64,000 nucleotides of DNA, taken from contig CM082578.2 in NCBI GenBank assembly GCA_040954595.2, positions 16,538,998 to 16,602,997 on the forward strand. Reading direction: 5' to 3'. Origin of the DNA: Balanoglossus misakiensis (lineage: Eukaryota > Animalia > Hemichordata). The stretch's first letter is position 1; each line of letters starts with the position of its first letter. The notes beneath the pieces were generated by a model. That model was not told the DNA's origin and did not search any database. It saw only the letters and a program-made list of their open reading frames with translations. Below are positions 24,501 through 36,461 of the stretch, one piece after another. A program made the translations under genes and the position numbers.

Positions 24501-27500
24501 TGCAACACACGTTTCTGGAAGACTGATATGAGCTTACTATGAGAATCCTGCCTCATGTAAATATGGTGTATCGGACTCCCTAGTGCACTGTTCTTGTCTT
24601 TACTCCCTAGTAAGAATCTGGTTTTCTGGACTCCTCAGCACTCTGTTCTTTTTTCAGAACTTGATCATACTGCTGGGTAGACCTGGGGATAGTTTTTGTT
24701 CTTGGGAGAGATTCGGAATAATATTCTAACTTTTCTTTTCAAAATGTGTTATTCAAATGATAGGACCATAATGAGGTGCTGGTTTTGGTTAACTTTTCCT
24801 TTACTGCTGTTGGGTTCTTTGTGATCCTTCAACCCAGTATGTAAATTGGGTAATAACCAGTCACTTAGGGAGTTCAAACACCTTAGCTCATCAACCATTC
24901 ATTGTGTCTTCTTTCTTCTCCTTCCTCTATATTTTATCTTGTTGTGGCCCAAATTTTCTAATGCAGCGCAATGAAGACAATGATCTACAGGTATCCGTTT
25001 CCCAACTTTTGCCAGTTGCCACGGAAATTTTTTTCTTTCACATCACTTTTCAGAATGTTTTCGAGTTTGAATGTTTCATCTTGTGCTTTTTATATTTTTT
25101 TTGAATTTTTCAAATTTGGATTTCAGTTTTCAGCACGTAATTTTTTGCAGCTCTCCTATGATTATCATATTCCTCCTCAATTCAAAATTTATTTATTTGT
25201 TTCGACTTTTTTTCAAAATGTTTCAACTGGCCTATTTTCTATGTGCATGCACTGTTTTTCGGTCGCATGCCACTTTCCCTTGTGCATGATGTCTTCCGTT
25301 CACTGGTGGGAGATAAAGGCACTCTACTCTCAAAAAACCTGGTCACCCCCGTATTCCCTGTCAGTTTGGTGTAGTCCAGTTGTGTACTCCCTGTGATGGG
25401 TGAGTCCACATTGGGAGATGGGGGTGAGCAGGTTCAAAGTTTACTATGAAAATAAAACTAGAAGTTCACTCTCACCACTTAAAGTTCATCTTTTTTTGAC
25501 ACTCACAACACAAACACAAGTTTGTATCACCCACACAGAAATCAAGAACTGCTCATTACTCAACTTATCAAGGAATCTCTACTCTTTGATGCTATTAATG
25601 AACTGTTAATAGATGGAAATATAGAGTTTGACCAGAATCATTATAAACAAAGCTCTTTCATTGACCATTTACACATTAATTTTATTAAATATTTGGCAAT
25701 TTCTTCATCATCATCAGTTTTCATGAAATCCTCTTTCAGAAATTACAAGATTTCTACTTTTTTTTTTTGCTGAAAAGGGAAGCATTAAATTTTACAGTAA
25801 AATGAAAGGGCTTTGGAAAAATCAGTCTTCTACCACTAGTAAATAACAACTTTGTACGTCAACAGTGTATAATTTTCAACCCATTTTAATGTTGTTATTA
25901 AAATAGATATCCATCTAACTGGTTTGTATGATAATTTCCTGTCTTTTTAAAACTTGAGCTTTATTTGGAAGTACATATGCAAAGTAGACATAACTGGGAA
26001 ATCAATTGGTTCAGGCAGAGCATGCAGTCTATGTGACGAGGGGCAGCCTATGAAATGCAATAAGAGAAAATGCATAAAAATATGTAGTGGAAAAATAAAT
26101 AAATCTTCTATATCTAGAAAAGGCTGCTGTATGGGGGGGGAGGGAGGGATTGCATGTGTACTGTAGTTGCCAATGGTAGTATAATAATAATAAAAAACAG
26201 TATAGAAATCCTCTAACTTCCTTTACCCTTTTAGCAGAAGAGAATCAAAAATGCCACCACAGTCACAGATGTAACATTCTTTTGTTTTTATTTGTTTCCC
26301 CCTATTTTGTTTTGTCACTCTCCAGGCGTTTGCATGGTTCAGCGACCTGCTTGTGGAACATTCGGAAATCTTCTGGTCCTTGTTTGCAGTCGACATGGAT
26401 GCAGTGTTGGAGATACAGCCTCCGGATACGTGGAACAGCTTCCCACTTTTCCAGCTTCTCAATGACTACCTACGGAATGACAGTAAGTGTATGACTGTCG
26501 GTATTGCTATCATGGTTCAAATCGTTGAACTTGTGTTGTCATGATTTGTTACCAGATCACCTTTGTCTAACTGTCTGCTGTTATTCTGTGTTCTTCACAG
26601 ACAATCTAAACGGTGGAAGATTCCATAATCACCTGAGGGAGGTATTTGCCCCCCATGTGATCCGCTATGTGGATCTGATGGAGTCATCGGTGGCACAGTC
26701 CATTCACAGAGGATTTGAAAAAGAAAGATGGGAACCCAAGGAGTAAGTAGATCAAAACTTGATCTGTACATTCCATAACGTGGTCTGATGATAATGATCC
26801 AGGTTTGAATATCATTGACTGTTTTATGATCAAAGAGCCAAAATGACCTATACTTGCTTTGTCTCTCAAAGTGGACATGGGAACTTGCATTGATATTCCA
26901 CTCATATGTTGCGTTAAGAGAGTGCACACAATATTAGGGTTAAAAGAGCTAACATCCATGTCACATTTCCATTGGCAGGAATGGCACAGCCACTTCCGAG
27001 GATCTCTTCTGGAAGCTGGATGCTTTGCAGACATTCATCCGGGACCTTCACTGGCCGGAGGAGGTGTTTGCCAAACACTTGGATCACAGACTGAAACTGA
27101 TGGCCGCTGACATGATAGAGTCATGCGTTAACAGGTGGGATGTCTAGTTAACATTTTTCCTCAGCCAGAAGTATTGTTGTCGTGCAATTGTTCTGTTCGA
27201 AAATATAACATTTACAATGCATCAGATGACTGGGAAGACTGGGCTACTTGGTATCTTAGCAACTTTGTGACGTAGCAACCGTCGCTTGGTAACCATAGTA
27301 ATTATCACCTAATAACTTCACTCCCAGCCTTTGCAGATGCCATATTGTTCCATGAGGCCATTCACTCAATCCTTTGTACATGTAATGTGACTGTTATTTG
27401 TTGAATGTTTGATTGACAGGACACTGAAATCCTTTGAAGCTTACATGAAGAAGGGGCGTGGTAACACCGACTACCGGGTTCCCAGTGAAATGTGTGTCAT

Positions 27501-28965
27501 GATCAACGTTGTCAGTGACGCCAAACAGCAGTGCATGAAACTGTGTCCGCCATCAGCTGATCTTGAAGGAGTAAGTCATTCAACCCAATAGAATTTCAAA
27601 TATCAACAATTTTAGTATATGATGAATATAGTGACTCTTGCGAGTGAAAATGCATACCTCTCGTTTGCATTGTATCTGATCAAAATATGTAAAATGCAAC
27701 AGTGGGCTGTATATAAATAACACTGTGGCTGTTTTTCTTCTGTATACAGCGTCAGTACCACACAACTATAGATGATGTCATACAGGCTGCTTATGCCAAA
27801 GTAATCAAAGAAATAGTCAACAAGGTGTGTATTGTAACCAATGTAATTTGGATGTTTTCAGTGTTGTTGGTTTCAAAGGGTTAACTGCAAATTCTCAATT
27901 TTGGCTATTGTGACATTACCACTATTAATATTGTGCAAATGTTTACTGTCCACAGTTGATCAATGTCCTGCGGGCAATACTCAACAAACTGGCAAGATAT
28001 GATGAAGGCACTTTCATGGCATCCATTCTCTCGTTCACGGTAAGTGTTGTGTAATTGTGGTGGGGGTGGTGATTAGCTCTCCAAAATGGGAGAAAGTGTC
28101 ACAGATGAATGACAATTGGCTTTTTAACCAGGTGGACATATAGGGTTTAGGGTAATTGTCCAGGTGATGAATGCCCAATGTGTACATCCATTGACAGTCA
28201 TTGTTGGTTCTTGTCTCTCAACAGAGTCCAGGCATGGAGTCGGCAGATAACTACGTAGTGTTCATACGTAACAATCTGGATGAAATCAGAGAGAGGGTCC
28301 ATGATGAGCAGTTTGTGTCATCATTGTTTGATGTAAGTAGAAATGAAATGCACTTCATGAGTTGTTAAAAAGCTGTGTGGAAGCCAAATTATGACGAGAA
28401 TGATTTCAAAACGTGAAACTGACTACTTGTGTAATTGTAACCCCTCCCCCCCCCCAAACAGGAATGGTACACTCAGAACATGAACCTGCTGTGTGATTGG
28501 TTGTCTGATAGACTTGACCTTCAACTTCACATCCATCAACTCAGCACCATACACAAGATGTTCAAGGTGAGTTCATCTACACCCTCTGTCTGTCTTAAAA
28601 ATGGAGAATTTTTTATTTTATTTTTAGTTTGAGCAACTCCAAGGATGCCAACTGGTTCCAATTACACTTGTTCTGGGGAAACGGTACGGGAAACACCAAG
28701 ATGAAGGATTCGGATGGTGTTCACAACATTCAGTGTCACTCAGAGCATTTCATATTTGACGGTGCATGTTCTTTGTTTTCTTATTTTGCCACTTTTTTAG
28801 AAAATGCACGCTGACTTTGAACTGCACGGTGTGCTGGTGGAGAAACTGAACAGCAAGACTTACCAGACGGTCAAGAACCGTCTGCAAGTGGAAGAAGCCA
28901 CGGCCTCTGTCACTCACAACTTGGACAGTATGCACATGGACAATGACAGCGACAGTGACCAGTGA
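5464..28965 (+). CDS. CADPS: Calcium-dependent secretion activator (CAPS/CADPS, UNC-31 orthologue); 25 coding exons, 1243 aa
   Basis: N-terminus [10 protein letters not shown]...[28 protein letters not shown]2 region (VVVMEVQGL...[14 protein letters not shown]), PH domain ([25 protein letters not shown]) and MUN/MHD1 region ([12 protein letters not shown]...) are recognisable CAPS sequence. Exons with GT-AG boundaries and consistent phases: 5464-6249, 15597-15677, 15833-15987, 16245-16338, 16516-16637, 16787-16898, 17049-17185, 17432-17498, 17701-17809, 17965-18165, 18292-18428, 18574-18761, 18924-19025, 19176-19239, 19357-19480, 21505-21614, 26326-26482, 26601-26742, 26979-27134, 27420-27570, 27750-27824, 27956-28039, 28225-28332, 28462-28566, 28801-28965 (TGA). 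Total 3732 nt, open throughout. Confidence 0.97.
6447..6533. repeat. (TA)n/(CA)n/(TG)n low-complexity microsatellite cluster in CAPS intron 1
   Basis: Visible dinucleotide runs. Confidence 0.85.
20486..20509 (+). CDS. Candidate 24-nt CAPS alternative microexon (phase 1-1; GNTMDIKR)
   Basis: actag|GGAACACTATGGATATCAAGAGAG|gtgatc. About 155 nt of AG-free pyrimidine-rich sequence upstream with TGC motifs. Preserves frame between exons 15 and 16. Donor is only moderate. Confidence 0.5.
21360..21452. mobile_element. piggyBac-like MITE (85 bp between TTAA sites)
   Basis: TTAA-CCCTTTCACC...GGTGAAAGGG-TTAA: perfect 10-bp terminal inverted repeats starting CCC, flanked by TTAA. No coding capacity. 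Confidence 0.75.
21991..22008 (+). CDS. Candidate 18-nt CAPS microexon (phase 0-0; LYKKPK)
   Basis: ctcttctttacag|CTCTACAAAAAGCCCAAA|gtaagc. Strong splice sites, about 80 nt AG-free upstream, YCAY cluster directly downstream. Confidence 0.65.
23988..24035 (+). CDS. Candidate 48-nt CAPS cassette exon (phase 0-0; [16 protein letters not shown])
   Basis: atatcag|TCT...GCG|gtagta. Open and frame-preserving, but the pyrimidine tract and donor are weak. Confidence 0.3.
24967..24990 (+). CDS. Candidate 24-nt CAPS microexon (phase 0-0; RNEDNDLQ)
   Basis: Long pyrimidine tract, then ttttctaatgcag|CGCAATGAAGACAATGATCTACAG|gtatcc. About 78 nt AG-free zone, three (T)GCATG motifs downstream. Confidence 0.65.
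25336..25434. mobile_element. Degenerate MITE-like element with imperfect terminal inverted repeats
   Basis: The left end AACCTGGTCACCCCCGTATTCCC matches the reverse complement of the right end, AACCTGCTCACCCCCATCTCCC. Similar size to the 21360 element. Confidence 0.5.
26235..26270 (+). CDS. Candidate 36-nt CAPS cassette exon (phase 0-0; [12 protein letters not shown])
   Basis: ctctaacttcctttacccttttag|CAG...GAT|gtaaca. Good branch point and pyrimidine tract, but the downstream intron to exon 17 would be only 55 nt. Confidence 0.35.
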
Positions 28966-31145
28966 AGAAGGATGACCAGTCAGTGTGTTCGTCGGTCACT
29001 TCATCCACTCTCTGCGTGACAGACTGTCGTCGGAAGAATGGATGCATCTGTTCTTAGTAGAGAGGTGTCATCACTATAGAGAGATGTCTGTACAGACAGG
29101 TTTTTGGTGTACTTTTGTTAGTGAGGTACTGCTTCAGATAGCTTGACAACCCTAAGAGTACTTATTTAATGAATTATTGTCGATAGAACTAAATATGCAT
29201 TGTTGTCAGGTCACTTTTAGAGATATATGTGTGGGCTGTTTATTTATTTTTAATGAAAAAAAAGTGGGAAAAAGTAAAATTATGGATTTTACGATATTGA
29301 TTTTAGGGTAGACTATGCGTTATATGATTTGGTAGAAACTTGGGCATCATCAAGGGCTGAGATTTATGCTCTCAAATCAGAAAAAGTATAGTACTCCTGA
29401 TGCAAATCGAATTATCCCTCTGTGTTTGAACATATATCACGGTAGTGTGTGCTTACAGTGCATACTACACTAAATCCAAAATATGATGGGACCAACAACA
29501 GCTTCAGCGAGCCTCAGAGTGGTAGTAGAAATCAAGATGGTCTTTGCAGTCCTGTTGTGTGTGTGAGTAGTCTTAGGGAGTAGATGGTAGCAAACAAATA
29601 TTTGTGGGCATCGCTGCAATGGCGGGATTACACATCACATTGGGGTTGGAATATTAAACGACAGACGATACCAGTGATTGTTTCTAGTGTGGTGATGTTG
29701 TGCCACTTAGCGTTGAGAGTAATAGCGAGTTAATGATAGTGTGGAGATTTAGTAGTTAACAATGTTGTCACACTATTACTGTCTATGATGTGTGAGGGCT
29801 AGCCAATGCACCACATTGGTGGCTTTTAAAGTTTCATTTCTGCCAGCAATGATGAGCAGGTTTTACCCTGGGTCAAAAGGCAACAGATAAAACCTGGTTC
29901 AAAGGTCATCAACTTCATTTATGCATGCATTTTTTAAAAATTTGAGTGACAGCTTTGCTACAAGGATGTAGCTGATGGTAATGTTATGTAAATTGTGTAA
30001 TTAGCTGTGTTTCCAATTGGACGGTTTTAAAATGCCTAGGAATTGAGAATGAACATTTGTGAAATTGTAATTAATTGTAATTGAAAAAAAAATCTGTACA
30101 AAAAGAAATCAGAAGTTTCTGTAAGATAACAAATAAAGAGTGCTGTTTTAAATGTCTTGTGAATAAATAATGAAAGAGAAAACTGTGATTTGTGTGAAAA
30201 GAGTGTCTAGCTCTTGGGCAATGTTGCAACAATTTTAAATTTGTTTTGGATCTGGGGAGTTTTCTTGTAGTACACTCTCGGTTCCCTTCCTTGGGGATTT
30301 GTTGCCATTTGTAGAATGCAAACTTTCAACTCAATGTCATGATTACTGGTAGGGAGATATTTTTGTGTGTGTCTTTTTTTTCCAGAGCAGAATCAAAGTG
30401 ATAAGGTCGAGATCTTAATTATGTGTACAGACTGGTACCCAGCACTGACAAATCACATTTGTCATCATCTTTAAATCAGTTTTGAAATGTTTGCATGTTG
30501 GTATTAATTAATATTAACTGTGTGAGGAATTTATGCAATCATAGACTTTGTGTACGCAAAGTAGTCAGAGGTCATAGTTCATAGGTCAGGGCACTCTTAG
30601 TCGTACCATTGCCATTACCGCGAACATGCATGGGAATGTGTTGACAATCACTGAACTCAATTTGAACTTTGACCCCCTTAAACTGTAAAACCAAAACTTT
30701 CTCCTCATTGATGCTGATCTACGCTGACTGAGAATCAAACCCATGTGTTTTACATTTAGCAACATTCCACGTTTTTCACAGTTCCTGTGTAATATTTTGA
30801 CTGGTGTTCCAGTGGTCTGTCTAGAGAGATGGGGTAGGGGCAGATATTTTTTCCTGGTAGAACCTCTTTGAGAGGGCTATGTCCTCTCTCTGTCTTGTAC
30901 AAAGCTATTGTAGGATAATATATATATATACTATTACATAAGTTGATTTTAACCAATGTGAAGATTTCATATGGGTCAATAATTAAGCAGTGTTTACTAA
31001 CCATCTGTTTGATTTGACCTTTTGACCTTATTCCCCAGGTCAGTATTTACCAATGTTGACTTATTCTAATTGGCAGCATGTTGCATGTGTGATAAACACT
31101 TCTAGACAGGTGCATATGATGCATAATTTACTATGTGCAATATCC

Positions 31146-31151
31146 AATAAA
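31146..31151 (+). terminator. Probable distal polyadenylation signal of CAPS (proximal AATAAA also at 30132 and 30162)
   Basis: AATAAA followed by a GT/T-rich tract (gtgtgtctctcattctgctctt). Lies near the end of the CpG-depleted CAPS domain. Confidence 0.45.
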
Positions 31152-32992
31152 TGTCATATAGAAACAAAGTGTGTCTCTCATTCTGCTCTTCATTACTGTT
31201 CCCAAGATTTACAGATCATGTATTATTGACCACAGTGTTACTCAAGGATGCCAAGGGCAAATAGGTGAAACCTGGAATTATGACCAAATGCAATGCTGAT
31301 ATGCAGGTTGCAACTTCATCGTCAAATGAAAGTTGGCCAGCACCTATTTATATTCCGATATTATTAGCAATAATTAATATACCAGTATTAAACAGCGCAA
31401 GTCAGTTTAATTGATTTAATTACAGAGACATCAAAGATTAGCATCCGGTGAGTTTAGGCCTAAAATGATTATAAGTTAATTGAGTGGTTGAAATGTTGCT
31501 GTAAAGTCGGGTAGTTACGGTAGTCAGTGTTGAACTTTCACCTGTGGAATGTTACTTTAAAACCTTCCGTACATTTGGGGTTAAGGCTACGGCTGTTGCA
31601 ATAGTAATAAAAATACGCGCATCGTCCATACGAAAACATCATGATTTGTCAATCAGTTTTAAATGACTACACTCTACTTGTGATTCGGGTAGGTTCGTTC
31701 GCTTGGCGTGGACTTGTCAAGCCCTGCGTACAGGTCTGCGTGCTCCTGGTGTTACGCGGCCTCCTAACGCCTCGAACACACGCTGGGCTGGGACTTGACC
31801 AGCCGAGAACGACATGCTCGTATACGCGTACCTGTAGCAAGTGTAAAGAGACTTCCAGAAAATATCAAACAAAATGTAAAAGCGTGTTTTCGGTCTTGAG
31901 CACTGGTCGATAAAGTACAGAAATTTTGATCTTTAGAACCTACACGCTTGTTACTATAACCATGAGGTACTAATGCTATAACCAGTATCATAGCTGCAAG
32001 AGCGGGTGCAGCTGGGTTGACCAGTCAACCTAGTAGCACCCGCTACAATCATTGCAGCTACCACTACTATGCTATCACGTCGGGTGTGAATTGCCGGCGC
32101 TTAGAGATCAATGTAGTTTCGTCATTAATGCCCAGCATCGCCTGTCAGTTCATCAGTGACCAGCATAAGGGGTGGGACAATGCTGTTGGCCAGTGTAATG
32201 ATGATGTGTTAACGGAGAACACGCGCGGACGCGCCGCTAATCACATCCTTTCATATGCATTAACACCAATTTAACTCCCAAAGTGATTATAAGAATTTGA
32301 CATCTCAAGACGCGTGCCATCTTAATTGTCAGAAGTTCCGAAAACACTCGCATAGGGGTGATTCTTCGGTGTAGTGTGAATGGTTGGGGTGGCGGTATGG
32401 AAATTAATATGACTGCGGCTGGGTCGTCTCTTGTGGTGCCTACGGGCATCTGTGAACAGTACATGTCTTGTAGTGTATAGTGTACAGGGCCTGCACTGTA
32501 AGAATTATCGTGGTATTCGCGTGTGACACTTTTGTCGGTAAGAATGCGACAGGTCCGGTACTGACCTAGAGTCGTCCGTACTAGGATCCGTTTAACAATT
32601 GTGGAAATAAAGAAGGTGGCTTGTCGAGACTTAAAAAACCGTTAGAAAAGACTATCAACCAATTAATACTAAGTAAACCATCACCGCGTTACCTAATGCA
32701 TATTGTCTGCGGGCAGATGACAATAAGGGCAACATAATATCGGGCCGCCCAGGCTGTGAACGACCCCAAATTCATGTCGGCATGCACGCGTGCACTTCAA
32801 CCCAGTGTCGGTGCCTCTGTCGATACCCTCAGCTCCGAGTGACACTGTAAAATTAATGACTGTTCGCGTAATCGAATATCAAATTAATCATAACACTGAT
32901 TCATTATGGAATCTGGTGAATAAATTATTACAGCTTTAATATAACATGAGGGTCCCTGTCAACAACTACCAGCGTTTGTTCTCCAAACCCTG

Positions 32993-33103
32993 TATATAAA
33001 AATGACCAACACAGTTGATTTTTCACAGTCGAAGTTCTGGACGAAGAGACAGGAGAGTTATCACGGACTGACAGACACATCGGTCGCTATCCTATCACCA
33101 AAG
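32993..33103 (+). promoter_or_regulatory. TATA box and non-coding first exon of the P450 gene
   Basis: TATATAAAA at 32993, initiator-like CAGT about 30 nt downstream, and donor AAG|gtaagt at 33103/33104. This splices to acceptor ttctttgcatcag at 33285, 7 nt before the ATG (atcaccATGg). Confidence 0.7.
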
Positions 33104-33292
33104 GTAAGTACACGAACGTGGTTTAAACTATTTGTCGTCACGTTTTCTGTCAAAGATTAAAATCTCGACTCAAATATTTTCATGTACGTGACCTATTCCT
33201 TCCTACACATGTTCGCAGTTTTGATGCATCCACAATCATTTGCTTCAATTGTGTGTAATTCGTAATTTCATTTTCTTTGCATCAGAATCACC

Positions 33293-35263
33293 ATGGTATT
33301 CATAGAAGTCAACACCGTCACGGTTGCTCTGGTCTCCGTGGCAACCTTGGTTGTTGCCTGGTTGTACTGGCGTTCCAGAGACGCTAAGAGGAGGTACAAC
33401 CTGCCGCCGGGTCCGACAGGGTGGCCGCTGGTCGGAATGCTCTTCAAGATCAACCGGCAACCCCACAAGCAGTTCATGGAGTTCGCCGAGAAGTTCGGAA
33501 AGACCTTCAGCATGAGGGTCGGTACCCAGAGAGTTGTCGTCCTCAACGGCTACCAAGCCGTCAAAGAGGCGCTCGTGGACAAAGCCCTGGTGTTTTCTGG
33601 TCGGCCAGAGTACTGGATCTTCAGGAGAATGAAAGATGGTGGTGGTGAGTAGACTTATGTCTTCGAATCAACAGGTTGCTTACATATATAAGTTTACAGC
33701 CAGATACACATGGACATTCATAATCAATCAACAAACTCAATTTTGACATTTAGTAAACTTCATCTGTCGGCAATCGTCACTGTTCTCAGCTGCTGAGTTT
33801 TTTTGCTGATATGCAGCGTGAGATACGCGACACTTTTTTTATTCAACTGACGATCTTTTTCCTTCTCGAATCATTAGGCCTTGGGACCAGAACGTATGAC
33901 CGCGTTTGGAAGAAGCATCGCACGTTCATGTTGACGCATTTCCGTAACTTTGGCGTCGGCAAGCGATCACTGGAAGAGAAGATATTGGAAGAGGCAGAGG
34001 TGTTGTGCCAGGCCTTGGATGCCACTAAGGGAAAAGCAGTCGATTGCCACCACGAACTGCAGTGCGCAGTTACCAACGTCATGTGCAACATCCTGTTCGG
34101 CAACAGGTGGGAGTATGAAGATTCCAAGTTCCGCAAGTTGTTGGACGTCACAGCTGAGTTCGTCTCCAAACTGAACCACAACCTGTTCGCCAACTACCTG
34201 CCTTTCCTCTGGCACGTTCCCTGCGGCAGCGTCAAGTACCTGAAGACAGCCTACGCCAAGCAGAATGAGTTTATCACGCAGCGAATTCTGGAGCGCAAGG
34301 ACGACGCCGACATCGATGACCCCAAAGACTTCACCGAGGCCCTCCTCAGCGAGTCTTCGCGCAAACAGAACCAAGGCCTGCCATCGATCTTCGACGAACT
34401 CGAGGAGAGTGACATGGACACCATTACCCACCTGGTCAGTGAATTCTTCAGGGCCGGTGCCGATACCACCAACACCACCTTGCGATGGACGCTGATGTTC
34501 ATGGTCTCACACCCCGAGGTCCAGAAGCAAGTCCACGAAGAAATCGACGAGGTGCTCGGTCGCAACCGCCCGGCTACCATCAAGGACCGCGACGATATGC
34601 CGCTGACGCAGGCCGCCGTGTGGGAAGCCATGCGCATGATGGCCCCGGCCCCCTTGGCTCTGCCGCACACAACGACCAAAGACGCCAAGCTCGGTGACTT
34701 TGACGTTCCAGCCGGTACATACGTGCTCCCGAACATCCACTCTGTTCACATGGATCCAACTTGCTGGGAAAATCCGCAGAAGTACGACCCGACTCGTTTC
34801 ATCGACCCGAATGGAAAGCTTGGAGTTCGGGATGCATTCATGCCCTTCGGTACCGGTGAGTACAACTTAAATTTTACTTTTTGGTGACAAAGTCATAGCT
34901 CTTGCTTCTGTCTTTCCTCTCAGGCGCTCAATGTATTTCTGTTACTCTGATCACGTAAACCCTCACTCGTATAGGAAGACGAATTGACCGTCACTGGCCT
35001 AGAGCATTCCCTGGATAGCTTTAAAACCACACATTTGAAAACATATTCTTACAAGTCGACATTTTTGTTAATTATTTTTCACAGGTCACCGAAAGTGCGC
35101 CGGCGAGCAACTGGCTAGGATGGAGCTGTTTTTGTTCTTCGCCTACATCATGCAACGTTTCCGCTTCGAACTGGCAGAGGGCTCTCCACCACTTCGATGG
35201 GAAGGCACTCTGGGGATTACGTACACTCCAGACCCCTTCAGCATTCGCTGCATCCCCCGTTAA
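33293..35263 (+). CDS. Cytochrome P450, clan 2 (CYP2-like), 502 aa, 3 coding exons
   Basis: Exons 33293-33644, 33878-34855, 35085-35263 (TAA), total 1509 nt. N-terminal anchor plus PPGPTGWPLVG hinge, WxxxR (WKKHR), I-helix AGADTT, ExxR (EAMR), PxRF (DPTRF) and haem motif PFGTGHRKCAG spanning the last splice junction. AATAAA at 35553 and 35612. Confidence 0.95.
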
Positions 35264-36375
35264 CCCTTCCGAGTCTGAAACCAGATGAAACAATAGAAGG
35301 TCTCCGAATGTATAAAAATTGTCTTTGAATTTCCTTTGAAGTAAAAAAACCTGTTGCATATTAATTTAAAAGATGACGATGCTATGTACCGGTAGATAGG
35401 TTATCAGACAAAAATGTGAGTTTCTTTTTATCGTCAGACGTGACAATCATATTGTATTGAGCTATTACATGGACGGCAAACGTTCATCGATACTTTTGTG
35501 ATGTGCAATATAACTTTGTAAATACATGTATAGTGCAATTTTGAATTTTGACAATAAATTCTTGTCTTTCCAAATACAATATGTTGTACAATGTATGGGC
35601 CTACATGCCACAATAAAATGTGTTTTTCCACATGGCTACGAAGTACCTTGAAGACACAGTAGAGCGCTGAAGTGTACGTTCTCTCCTCGCTTTGGTCGTG
35701 GGAGGTTCAATAATCAGGGTTCGCGTATTTGCCATGACAACACTGCGATCGAAACAACAACAAGGCCATGTAAGATTCCAGCAAAAAAAAATCAGGCGAT
35801 TATTTGAATCCCTTTCCCTTGAAAAAGATGTTATGTAAGCAGCATCTAAAGCTCTTAGTATAATGCATCAAATCCAACCATTGGGCAGCGAAAAATGTCA
35901 ATAGTGGAATTGATCACGACTACAAAAACATCTAGTTTGGAGACGGGCAAGAAAATCTGCACGGCGAATCTTTCATAATATGGTCATGGGGCGCTTTAGA
36001 TGCAATAACTGTATCAGTGGGTCGCTGTTTTCGCTCTCTGACTATGCTGGTGGTTCGCGGACACAGCCAGAAAGCGACAATATCGAGCCATCTTTACAAT
36101 TACATTGATGCTAAGTATGGCCACTGACCCCAGCACACCATATTAACGTGACCCAAGCCTATTACATAACTGTTTACTGTACCAGACCTTTTTCTTTTCT
36201 GGAGGTGAACAATGCAAACACCAGATCCCCTCTCGGTCGATCTTATCGACAACTTTCTCAGTTCTGTTGTTGTCTGTGCTCATGCTAATACATGTGACCT
36301 CGCTGTTTTCTCCCTTGAAGTAAACAGCTGGCATATAAACATGATAATTATTATTCTTTTTCAATACATGTACTT

Positions 36376-36377
<2 letters not shown>

Positions 36378-36448
<71 letters not shown>

Positions 36449-36461
36449 CCACCACCACCAC
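36378..36461. repeat. Compound microsatellite (CAT)23(CAC)5
   Basis: Directly visible. It accounts for the poly-Ser/Pro ORF at 36212-36469. Confidence 0.95.

Noticed and set aside
31641-31991. CpG-rich short ORFs and a minus-strand acceptor near 31830
   Set aside because: None of the frames gives a recognisable protein or a consistent multi-exon model.
33332-33345. X-box-like GTCTCCGTGGCAAC
   Set aside because: Lies in the P450 membrane-anchor codons and is explained by coding sequence.
33967-34749. Long antisense and alternative-frame ORFs over the P450 main exon (likewise over CAPS exon 1, the GTPase and the GPCR)
   Set aside because: Shadows of GC3-rich coding sequence, with no recognisable motifs.
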